From the NCBI GenBank assembly GCA_008632985.1, contig QPGO01000068.1, positions 310,001 to 374,000 on the forward strand: DNA of 64,000 nt, given 5' to 3'. Position 1 is the first letter of the stretch; each line of letters begins with the position of its first letter. Made by a program: the position numbers and the translations under genes. A model generated the notes under the pieces. It was not told the DNA's origin and ran no database searches. It saw nothing but the letters and a program-made list of their open reading frames with translations. Below are positions 49,039 to 59,700 of this stretch, piece after piece. Source of the DNA: Psammoneis japonica. Taxonomy: Eukaryota.

Positions 49039-52000
49039 ATGGATGCTCTCGTTAAAGAAATATTTACTGCAGCGAACGTTGCGGAGGAAGAAAATTCCGA
49101 GAAAAAAGACGCGATGACTCGGTTGGAAGAGTGGCTGGATATGGAAGACAGCAGCGGCGCGTCGTCTGCAGCAATTACAACATGGACCCCGATGGATTCT
49201 CTAGCAACTTGCGACACTCCCCGCTTACTTATGGAAGACTGTGCACCGTTTTCTTGGAGGTTTTATCAAAGCGTTGGTCGCGTCGTCGTGGAGGCTTGGA
49301 ACCCGGCTGCTGGCATAACAGATGATGGAGATGGGAAAGCTTTCGTCAACCGCAGCATTTTCTCGCCGCCATCGCCCAGTGACGCAGAAAATGCCCCACA
49401 GGATGTTTCTCTGTTTCAAATAAAATCAGTACGAGTGACAAGGTGGTTAAGGTATTGGATGGACTTGAATGTGATGGGCGCAAGTTCTTCGGATACTGCA
49501 TTGACGACGTTTTCTCAGCTTCTGCTAAGACACTGCGAAGGGAATACATCGACCACAGCAAGTTCCAGTGATGACGTAAACGAGAAAGAGAAGAACACTA
49601 TGAATATTGGGAATGGGGGAGAACAACGCAAAGTACCCCGAGTTCATGTTTTGAAAGCACTGTTTCACCATATTGCAATGTTGCCTCAGATGCAACATCA
49701 AATCCATGTGTACACGCAGTCCCTACTCAAAAGCAACAGCAGCAGCCCCAACGGCTCGTCTTCCAAACTTTCCAATACTCGTCTGGAACAGCTTCAAGCT
49801 GCCAACAAAATGACAGATAAGCTGACAGCGGAGTTCGACCTGCATCGTCAACACTTAGAGGATATCTTGGGTGAATGGTATTCAGTCTGCAACTCCACTC
49901 TACGAGCCTCTTGTAAGGCACATCTTGGTCGTATTTGGCAAGAATTTATTTATGTTACCTCGCATCGAAGTGGTGGCGTGGGTATGGGAAGAATGGAAAA
50001 CACAAGTGCATGCGGGATAGATTTGACGTTGAGAGTTCTGAACCGTATTCTCCTCGGTGGCACGGAATCGTCGTCGCTGAACTCATCCACTGAACATTTG
50101 CTTTTCGATGTACTTATTCCACTACACAAACCGTCTGGAATGATACTTTGGCGAGACCAAACTCCTCTTTTGGATCTCTACCACAAACCTCTGGTTCAAT
50201 GCATCGGAACCATCCTTCAGAGAAACACTCTTCTTATTCCCAGGGTGGTGTCGCAAATGTTGCAACCCGACATCTGGCCCTCGAGTCAAGGCGTAGGCTC
50301 TGCTTCGGCAAACACACCCAAGGTTGTACTACTATTGCATGAAATCGACACATTTCTCAGTCTGCTATCAGTGGAAAAAGACAAGGCTGTGATTGATGCC
50401 TTTGGCGAAACCGTTGGACCTCTGACGGTGCGCTTGGCGAGCTGTATTTCATCGGACAATTCTCGCATGTCCGAACAGGCGTTGCAATTTTTCAAGAATG
50501 ATGTATTTGCGTTTGTGATCAAGCATCATCTATTCGAGACTCTTCCGACACTACTCCGAGCGCTTTGTCGGACATCTGATCAAATGCAGTTGCCTTGGAA
50601 CCCAACGGTGCGAAAAATGACTCGACTGGTTCTTCAGGAATTAGAGGGATACGACGAAGATGCCTTTGCGAAAGCTTGTCATTCCTTGTTCTCATCGGAT
50701 CTCCCAAATCGAGCTCCTCCCAACGAGGATAAGAAAGAGGCTTCAATTAAACCAGCTGCTCGAGAAGGGACTGCAACGACAATGAACGAAAAGCAAGACA
50801 ACGTAGCACCAGTCAAGGACTTTTCCTTGCGTGCAGGTATGGGGAGCTGGAAACCACCATCGCAGACACGTCGAAGTCACCCAATGAACAAAATGCTACC
50901 GCCTCCCGCTAGGTCACCCAGAAGTGGCGGAAAACAGCAACCACCATTGACTGTTACCGGCGTTGCACCATGGGCCGTGTCCTCCCAACCACCGGGTAGA
51001 GATTCTTCGGGTAATCCTCCCCTTACTGTAACGGGCGTTGCGCCTTGGGCAAGTCATCCACCACCTTCAGGCTCTATGCGTCCTCCCAGAAAACGAGCCG
51101 TGGCTGCGAACGGATTACCACATCGACCAGGTCGCCCGCTCACGGAACAAAACAGCCAGTCAGCTACGCCCACACTTGATGATTCCGTGCCAACCCCAAT
51201 CATAGAAGAAGAGGAGGAGGAAGTTGACAACAAGGAAAATGCCGGTCTGGCCAAGGTTCACTGGTACATGGACAAGCTCAAGCCAGATTCGTCGTCCGAT
51301 CAAGACGAGGAAGGAACTTCGTCATGGGCACTGGCACAAATGTCAGAATCACCCACACTGCTACCCACCTTAAAGTTTCACGATTTGGTGTTTGGTCAAG
51401 ACCTGGGAAGCGGCGCTTTTGGAATTGTCAGATATGCGCGGCAAATTATCAAGAGCAAGACCCGCTCACACTGGCCCGAGTACGCTGTCAAGATTGTTAG
51501 CACTCAACGTATCGATGAAATGGGGTACGAACAATCGATCAATCGCGAAATCGCAACGCTGCGGCAAATGTCCCATCCAGGTATTGCTCGGCTCATTTCG
51601 TCCTTTCGTTTCCGTGATGGAGCCTACCTTGTGTTGGAATATGCCAGTGGCGGAGATTTGCACACGCTTCTAAAGAATAGTGGATCGCTGGATCAAGACT
51701 CTACAAAGTTTGTTGTTGGATCCATTGTAGCTGCATTGGGTAGCATACACGACATGGGCTTTGTCTACGGAGATTTGAAGCCAGAGAACGTCCTTATAAC
51801 TGAGACAAATCATATCAAGCTAACTGATTTCGGTGGCTGTCGACCCGTGACATATCACGCTAAGGAACTGATCCGTTTCAGTGGTAAGAACGCTCTCAAG
51901 GAACTGCGCGATGGAGATTGGAAACCGCAAAACAAACCAAAGGACGGAAAGCCCAGCAGCACTTGGTCTGCTGGCAATGATAAAGATACAAACAATATGG

Positions 52001-52641
52001 ATTTAGAAGAAGGGGAGGACGAAGAAGATCATAGAATAGAAGGCACCACGGCCTATCTTCCTCCCGAAGTTGTGATTGGTGCCAGACCCACACTCGCCGC
52101 GGATTCCTGGGCTCTCGGCTGCGTCATGTATCAGTGCCTCTCAGGCCGTCCTCCGCTCCTTGAAGACGACGATGAAATGACTCGAAACAAGATTGTTGCA
52201 TTTCACCTGTCTCAGCAAGAGCATCATACCCGCGACGCTCTTTTTGAAGATGATCAAACGACCTTTACTCCGGAAGCACGAGCGCTGGTACTAGGATTGT
52301 TGCATCGCGAACCAGCCAGTCGACCAAACATGCCCCAAGTAGCCGAAGACCCATTCTTTGAAGGCGTGGATGTTCTTTCGTTGCACAAGCACCCTGGCCA
52401 CCCCCTCGACGTGGGTAGTGTGGCACCCGTGGCAGACGCCAAGTGGTCCCGCAGGCAATTCAGCTCCATCTGGGCACCTCAGCCCGAGGCCTACATTATC
52501 AGCGCACCATCGAGTGACAAGACAATGGGCCCTTCTCAGAACGGCCCAATCCCAGAGGGAGAAGAAGCTAATGCGTTCTTCTCCAAGAGCCATCAACATT
52601 CGTCGTTTGGCAACATTCCAGAAAATGTCCCAGTTTCATAA
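49039..52641 (+). CDS. Ser/Thr kinase (AGC/PDK1-like) fused to an N-terminal PP2A B56-like domain
   Basis: 1200-aa single ORF. B56-like segment LIPLHKP...LYHKPLVQC...WP...CISSDNSRMSEQAL...WNPTV. Kinase motifs GSGAFG, YAVK, YGDLKPEN, DFG, GTTAYLPPE and DSWALG. Confidence 0.9.
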   Translation: MDALVKEIFTAANVAEEENSEKKDAMTRLEEWLDMEDSSGASSAAITTWTPMDSLATCDTPRLLMEDCAPFSWRFYQSVGRVVVEAWNPAAGITDDGDGKAFVNRSIFSPPSPSDAENAPQDVSLFQIKSVRVTRWLRYWMDLNVMGASSSDTALTTFSQLLLRHCEGNTSTTASSSDDVNEKEKNTMNIGNGGEQRKVPRVHVLKALFHHIAMLPQMQHQIHVYTQSLLKSNSSSPNGSSSKLSNTRLEQLQAANKMTDKLTAEFDLHRQHLEDILGEWYSVCNSTLRASCKAHLGRIWQEFIYVTSHRSGGVGMGRMENTSACGIDLTLRVLNRILLGGTESSSLNSSTEHLLFDVLIPLHKPSGMILWRDQTPLLDLYHKPLVQCIGTILQRNTLLIPRVVSQMLQPDIWPSSQGVGSASANTPKVVLLLHEIDTFLSLLSVEKDKAVIDAFGETVGPLTVRLASCISSDNSRMSEQALQFFKNDVFAFVIKHHLFETLPTLLRALCRTSDQMQLPWNPTVRKMTRLVLQELEGYDEDAFAKACHSLFSSDLPNRAPPNEDKKEASIKPAAREGTATTMNEKQDNVAPVKDFSLRAGMGSWKPPSQTRRSHPMNKMLPPPARSPRSGGKQQPPLTVTGVAPWAVSSQPPGRDSSGNPPLTVTGVAPWASHPPPSGSMRPPRKRAVAANGLPHRPGRPLTEQNSQSATPTLDDSVPTPIIEEEEEEVDNKENAGLAKVHWYMDKLKPDSSSDQDEEGTSSWALAQMSESPTLLPTLKFHDLVFGQDLGSGAFGIVRYARQIIKSKTRSHWPEYAVKIVSTQRIDEMGYEQSINREIATLRQMSHPGIARLISSFRFRDGAYLVLEYASGGDLHTLLKNSGSLDQDSTKFVVGSIVAALGSIHDMGFVYGDLKPENVLITETNHIKLTDFGGCRPVTYHAKELIRFSGKNALKELRDGDWKPQNKPKDGKPSSTWSAGNDKDTNNMDLEEGEDEEDHRIEGTTAYLPPEVVIGARPTLAADSWALGCVMYQCLSGRPPLLEDDDEMTRNKIVAFHLSQQEHHTRDALFEDDQTTFTPEARALVLGLLHREPASRPNMPQVAEDPFFEGVDVLSLHKHPGHPLDVGSVAPVADAKWSRRQFSSIWAPQPEAYIISAPSSDKTMGPSQNGPIPEGEEANAFFSKSHQHSSFGNIPENVPVS

Positions 52642-52750
52642 GATTAGACTAGAGGGTCGCTTCGAGCTATCTACTACCTACTAGTTACTAGAAAGCGCAC
52701 ACAATACACCAGTCATTCTTTCTTTTTCAGTTTTACTTATTATTTGCAAG

Positions 52751-53302
52751 TTAACCAAAGTAGGTGGTGGGCCTGACAGTCGTAAAGGTACGATCAGAAA
52801 GAGCCTTTTGTCCGCGCTTTCCTGATGCCACCCTGTGGCTGAGAGGGAACTTGACCTGACTCTTGGCAAACTGCATACCATTCGTACGCTTCAAATCCTT
52901 GGCTCCCAAGACACTCGTCCTAATGATTTGAATAGAACGGGGACGAGTGCGGTGCCTTCCCGCCATTTCATCGTACAGCTGCGACACGGCGCCCGTGATG
53001 GACACGTCACGATACTCTCGGTACATATTGTGCGTGCCGGACCGAGACGAGTAGCGGAGCCAAATGCCGTAATTCTTGACAATGCGCGAGTTCTTTTCGA
53101 CAATCTCCACAACGTCCAGAATTTCACCAGTCGTCTTTTTCATCTTGCGAAATTGATGGAGGTAATACCAGAACTTGGACTTGGCAATCACCTGGTTGGG
53201 AGCAAAGATGATCATGCGGTAAGCCTCGGGGTTGGCATCGTCTTCGGTGGGGGCTTTACGGCCCACCACCTGATATTGGCGCATAACTCCTGCAACAGTC
53301 AT
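52751..53302 (-). CDS. RPL18A: 60S ribosomal protein L18a (eL20)
   Basis: RQYQVVGR, FAPNQVIAKSKFWY, KNYGIWLRYSSRSGTHNMYREYRD. Confidence 0.97.
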   Translation of the reverse strand: MTVAGVMRQYQVVGRKAPTEDDANPEAYRMIIFAPNQVIAKSKFWYYLHQFRKMKKTTGEILDVVEIVEKNSRIVKNYGIWLRYSSRSGTHNMYREYRDVSITGAVSQLYDEMAGRHRTRPRSIQIIRTSVLGAKDLKRTNGMQFAKSQVKFPLSHRVASGKRGQKALSDRTFTTVRPTTYFG

Positions 53303-53936
53303 TCTGGAAAAGAGAAAAAATTAAAGTAAGAGAGGGTCAGCTGTGAATTGACTTTTGCGTGTTGTTGTGAGGGAAAAAAGTGGGCTCAGATCCAGATCAT
53401 GATTTCTGAGCAGGTTGTTCGAGAAAACAATCACAACGACGGTGTTTCTTTTCACATTGTCATCAGAGCGACTCAGAAAAACACACGCCATGAAGCATAC
53501 AAGAACGACTGACTCTATATCAGCGAGTTTTCAACAAACGTCGAGCCGTCGATATAAACACAGTCATGGTCGCACCTTGCAGAGATTTGCGTCTCGCAGT
53601 TCGAGCGGCGATGTGAAATCTCGTGTACAACTCACGTAGAACCAGTGTTGAACAGCGCAAGTAAGCGGTAACCTGTTGCTACCATACGCGCGTTCCTTCC
53701 AACAAAATCGCGCTTGAAGAATCATCAATCTGTGTGTCAGTTTGACCATTTTGTGGTGTTTAGTGACCGTTCCACTTTGAGACAAAAAAGCGGCGCGCGG
53801 ACACCAAAAATCTTCAGAAGCACATGGCGTTCGCTGGTACAAAAATGACGTAGAATCTACGTAGGCACTGAAAAGTAAAACTCTTTTTCAATCCATATTT
53901 TTGTTGTTGCTGAAGTTGTTGTCAAGCTCTGTTACC

Positions 53937-54359
53937 ATGTCGGACGAAGCCGCTGTCGGAGAAGAAACCAAAGCAGACGGATCTGAGCCCATTACGATCC
54001 GTGTCCGTGATCAGGTATGGCGATACGGTAGAGAGCGCGTTGTGCTTTGGCTACGAACTACCGATGAGAAGCTCCATGACCGTGGACGCGATTTTAGGCG
54101 TGAAACACTCACACACACGCGCTTGCTTGTTTGCTTTTTTCTACTGTAGACCGGCGAAGAGACGTTTTTCAAGATCAAAAAGACGACGAAACTGTCCAAA
54201 GTCTTTGATACCTACGCTTCGCGAAAGGGCGTTCAATCCACATCGCTACGCTTCTTGATGGACGGCGAACGTGTCGAGGGAGATCAAACACCCAAAATGC
54301 TCGAGTTGGAAGATCAGGATCAGATCGATTGCATGTTGGAACAGACGGGTGGAATGTAG
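53937..54359 (+). CDS. SUMO: Small ubiquitin-like modifier SUMO
   Basis: Exons 53937-54014 and 54150-54359 give ...ITIRVRDQTGEETFFKIKKTT...LRFLMDGER...TPKMLELEDQDQID...EQTGGM*. Divergent from RPL18A. Confidence 0.96.
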
Positions 54360-56465
54360 AGAATACGAGAGTATGTTATGATGTGGTGTTGTGTGGTTGT
54401 ACGGTGATTGGTGGATCAAGCACACAGCGGTAGTTCTTTGTAATGCTTATTGTAGTCGGGTATGATTTGCAAAACAAGCTCTGTGTTCTTGGCTATCCTT
54501 TCCGTATGATTGCGTGTTGGTGGAATACAAGACTTACGCCAGACATGTATAAGTACCCTTGTTGCGTTGCTCGAATCTGCAGCGCTATTTTGAATTTTGA
54601 TTCGAATTTGGCGTCGTCGAGAGCAACGCTAGAAACGAAAGACCGTTGTGCGCTATGTTAAATACTTGAGGGTTCAGATCCTTTTCTCTCACGTCCAACT
54701 AACCGAGTCAATGTATTACGAAAAAATGGAATCCAGAAGCTAGAGTATGCCGTGTACGGGTAGAATCTACTGTGGTTATTTCAACCTGGAAGAGGTCGTC
54801 CTGTGAACGGCACTTGTAATCTTACGAAAGTACAAAGACCAACTTTTCAAAAGAAACAGGAGTAGGCGGAATCAGAGAGTATTTCCGTACATGTTGAGTG
54901 ACTTAAAACCCTCTCAAAAAGAAGATAGGCAGGCGGGCAAATCCCTTTGAACCAGAATCCCGGACTCCTATAATCTAGAAAAGTGACGACACGGCAGAAC
55001 GAATCTAACGCTCTCAATCTTAAAAGAAACATTGACACTAAAAATCCGCATCAAGCTTGCGGCCTCGTTGAAGGATGATGTATAGCTGGGGTATCTCTAC
55101 TAGCCCTAGAGCTTGAGCTGCTGTACAGACGATGGACAGCAGAAGTAGATGAATTACTTCTGTGCAGGTGCACAAATCAAGCAATGCTTCCGATGGATTG
55201 TGCTTCTGTAAAACGTCAGTGTTGTTCTTATTGTAGAGCATTTGACACTCTATCTACCGGCAGTAGCTAGCTACAACTGCTCTAGAGCTCTACTCTCTCT
55301 ACTAGAGCAGTAATAGAGACAACATAGAGTGGCGCAGCACGCTCCTTCTTGTGCGCAGTTTCCCGACGTCACAGCTCTTCGCCTGCAATTTTTTGCCTCA
55401 GTGGCTGGAAGTGGCTCTTGCAGCTTGTTGGCTCTCATTTCTTAGTTCTCACTTGCATCTTCTGAGTGTTCCAACCATTCGGTTTTGTCATGGGAAGCAA
55501 ACAACTCTCCAGCTGGCTCTTGGGTTTTGCCTGCTCACGTGTCGCACCCACAATTCCGTGGTGACCCCCTGTCACTCCAGTTGTGTTGAGAGCCCCTGCA
55601 ACCAACATTTTTCCTGGCCAGCACAGTGAGATCTTTCGTTTGTGCATGTCAAAAGGGGGTGGGAAAATGAAAAATTGATGTTTTACAAGTCTGGATTTCT
55701 TTGCTCTGCCTTGAATTGCTTGCATTCTGTGACCATGCACCGCATGATTGTCCATGTGCAACGTGCGCACTCAGCATTTTTTAGCCTTTTCATTGCCCCA
55801 GCTCTTCTGTCACTTGTTGCTTCAGTGGCTGTTTGATGCAAGTGCTTGAGACACTGAGGTCAAAGCCAGAAGAATGAGGGGGCACTCTTGCCAACACAAA
55901 CAGCAGCCTGGTTTGTGGGGCCAGCCACACCACACTCTTCCTTGAGCTTGCATTTTGTCAACAAGACACCACACATGCAGCAGCTTGCCTCTGCTGCAAT
56001 GTTTCAAAGCAGGAGGCTGTTTTGATGACAGTTGTTTGCTGAGAATGTGACATTTTGTGAGATTGCCCAACAACTGGGAAATGCACCTTGCAATGCTGCA
56101 AAGGAACACCTGGCAAAAAGACCCCCTGTTCTGGGACAAAAAGTGGTGTGCATTTTCAAAATTTTTGTGCTCTGGCCCATGCTGCTGGCTGGTTTTAATT
56201 CGTTCAAATGAACTTCAATCACAACTTGCACACCCGCTGATGCTGGTCCCTTCACTGTTGTCAAGGTTGCTGTGGGGCCATCCATTTGCAAGTCAATGTC
56301 ATGACACCACAGGCAGCGGGGAGAGGGGCTGGGTGGAACATTTTCACAGTCCAAGCAGTCTGGGCAATGCTCTTTTTTGATTTTGGGATGCACCTTGTTG
56401 TGCCTGACAGGATGCCGAAGGTCAATGATGACAGATGCATGAAAGACTCCCCAAGCGCCAGGGAC

Positions 56466-56592
56466 TGTGATGACACGAGCACTGGCAGATGAGAAAGTGA
56501 GAGGCAGATCTCAGAGAGATCTGCTCGTCTGTCTAAATGGTCTGGTCATCATCCATGTGCAGTCTGTCCATCACATGACATGCAGACTGACA
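56466..56592 (-). repeat. Putative 3' LTR of the copia element, preceded by a polypurine tract
   Basis: On the minus strand, CAGGGGAGGG (56602-56593) is followed directly by TGTCAGTC. A candidate ...ACA end lies at 56466. The second LTR is not in the window, so the distal end is unverified. Confidence 0.6.
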
Positions 56593-56760
56593 CCCTCCCC
56601 TGATCTGCAATGTCTCAAAATAGAAGACAGTGTAGATCAAAACAAGAACAGGGATGATGCAAATGGAGCAACCAGAAGAAGGACACCAAAGGTGTCCAAG
56701 CCCAATGCGCATCAAACAACGGGGCAATGCGCAGCAGGAGAGGCTGCCATGGAAAAAATG

Positions 56761-59700
56761 TCAATGGCAGTGTCCCATCACACGTTGAGTGTGGCGAGTG
56801 TGGAGCACCCACCCAAGAGCCTTGGCAAGGTCATTGCTGGGGTTGACAATGCCAGGGATGTGTCTGGTGACAATCTTGCCCGCTTCCTTCCATTCTTGAA
56901 TCGCGAAGAACTGAACCTCAATGTGGTGCGAACGCTCAGTCGGAATCGAATGATTGATGATCTTGATGGCCGATTCGTTGTCAACATGCAAGGGGGTTGG
57001 CTTCATTTGGGAATGACCAAGGTCATGCAGCACATGGCGGAAGCAAAGAACATGCTTGGCAGTGGCACCAGCAGCATGGAATTCTGCTTCTGTAGAACTC
57101 GCAGCGGTCACCGACTGCGTCTTGCAATGAAAGGAGATGGCAGCACCAGCCAACATGCAAGCACATCCCATCATAGAATGTTGATTACGAAGATCATTTC
57201 CACACACAGCATCAAGGAAGGCAACAAGTTGATGGTCACACTCAGGAGTGGGGAATGATGGGAGAGGAGCGGGGAATGACGGGAGAGACGGATCGGGACT
57301 CAAGCATTCACACGGATGGGCAGGGAGGCTCGGGTCACGTTTAGATTTCTTGTGGTTCAATTCCCAATGTTTGGCACATCGGAGACACTTGCGTGCACCC
57401 TTGAGTGCATCGCAGTGCACTGCCGCAGGGCAAGTGGAGAACTTGGAAAGGGCAGTGATGGCATGGCCAATGTCGAGTCGACAGACAACATGTGCATGCA
57501 ACAGCTCACCAGGGAGGGTGTGGCATCCAAAACCAGCAGCTTGTTGCAGCTCCACATGTTCCGGTGTACCTTCAGCAGGACCAATGTCAGTGTAAAGATC
57601 TCGAACAGAATCCACCGGAATTGGAGTCGCCTTGAAGTCATCAAGCAGTTCTTCATCACTTGGCGCAGACCAACCGCATGAGAGGCAAACACGGTCAATG
57701 TAATTGTAGATGGCGACACCAATTGAATCATCATGCTGATGGACATCCACACCATTGAATTCCTCCAGGAGGCCAAGGTGCTTGAAAGGCGGAGCAGTTT
57801 CCGAGTCCAGTTGAAGGGCTTTGCCAATCCTGTCACAGATTGCATTGGCAATGGACTCCCCGGGGCAAGCAATGGCAAAGTCATCAACCTGTTGAAGGAG
57901 CAAAATTTTGTGTCCTTCAAATGCAGCAGAGCAGATGCATTTGTCGTGAGCAGTGTTCCGGAATAAAAGATTCACATCAGATGAGACACCATCAATGTGA
58001 TTCTCCCAGAGCATGCCGGCTTCTGGGTGTCCTTGAAGAGCATGTTGCATGGGAAGTGCCATGCTCCTGTCCAACTCCTTTCCAAAGTGAGACTCATGCC
58101 AAGTCGCATGTGCATCGTCAACAGCAACATGGACAGGATGTGACGGGCAGGGAGAATGGGCACAGGCATCGCGGGCATCACTGCCATGTGCTGGACAACC
58201 CATTGCAGCTGCCAGGGCAAAGAACATCTGTTGGATGGGTTGTTCAACACAGGAGGAGCATGTTGAACAAAGATGATGGAGAACAAATGCAGCACGAGGG
58301 GATCCGTTGCAACACTGACGAGAGCACCGCGCACTGTCATGTTTGAGGTCATGTTGCCAGTGTGGTCTCAGTGCAACTGCATCCTTTGGATGTTTGATGG
58401 GAGCACCAAACATGCCCAACTCATGAAACTGGTCAAGTTGTTTAAATTCACCCATGCGCCATTCAGGCCAAGTGTCCAATTGCTTGAGTCGATGGCGAGT
58501 GAAGGTGCCCAAGGCTTGTTCCTCTGGGGCAATTGCGCGGGAGGAGATTGCATGGACTTTGACGACACCATTGTTGTGGTCAACATGTGCAGGTGGCAGG
58601 ACGTTGTCATCATCAATGGCTTCGAAATCAGCACTGGGATGGCGCACCGCAGCAATGGCACGTGTGTCGGCCTGTGCAAGCTCCGGGACATGTTCATCAT
58701 CAGGGTCCAGGGTGGGGGAGAAGATGTCATGTTCCATCAGAGCATGTTGGAGAGCTTGAGAGTCCAAGCAACGTTCTGGCGTGAATTCAATTTCAAAATG
58801 TGTCTTGCCAGACTCACGCAACTGCTGGAAATGCTTGACAGCATCATCACGGGTAAAAACTGGTTGATGATCAATCGATGCAACACACGCGCCTTTGATC
58901 TTGTTGCGGGTTGCCTTCAAGTTCGAGAAAAGATGATCAGTGGGGGAACCACGTTTGATGTCCGAGACGAAAACACGTTGGCACAGATCATCCACAGCCA
59001 ATGAGAAGCCATGAGAGGGATCCGTGAAAGGTCCTTTCATGGCACGTGTGATGGTCTTGGCAAAAGGGTTACCATGAAAGTGAAATTCATCCACAGTGGT
59101 CTCTTCAGTGTCGGCAGGGAGGGCATCACCAGCCTGAGCACGTTGCAAATGAACAACATTCGGGGGAATAGAGTCGTGGGGTAAATCATTCATCCCCTCA
59201 TCACATCTGATGTGCTTGGCCAGCTCAACACGCGATGTCTCAGTGTCGCACCACAAAATGTTCTTGGTGGCATCCGGAAGGCATCCCAAGAAAATCCCTT
59301 TGCGTGATGCGGTCCGGAATTTTGCCGGACGGTGATTCAAAGCACGCACCCAAACGCGACAACCAAACGTGTGGAAGTTCCGAAAATCATCCTTCTGACC
59401 AGCAGCAAGTGCAATCGGAGCAGCAGTCTGCCCCCGGGATGGCATGGCATTCTTGATCCGAATGAAGTGATGGAAAGCATGGGGCCAAAACTTGATGGGT
59501 AAATCCGCACCAACAAGCATCACCTGAATGGCATTGGCAATGGTCAAATGACTCCGTTCAACTGGGCCACTCTGATTCGAAGCGTCTTTTCCAGTGGGAC
59601 GAATTGCACAATGAAAGTCATCCTCGAAGAGTCGCCGAACTTCTGGGTTCTGACATGACTCACCTCCTTGATCCACAAATGCATGTTTGTCTGGACATTT

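Noticed and set aside
55350..56460. Possible DNA-transposon remnant flanking the copia LTR
   Set aside because: TpA-depleted, but no diagnostic motif or terminal repeat was recognised.
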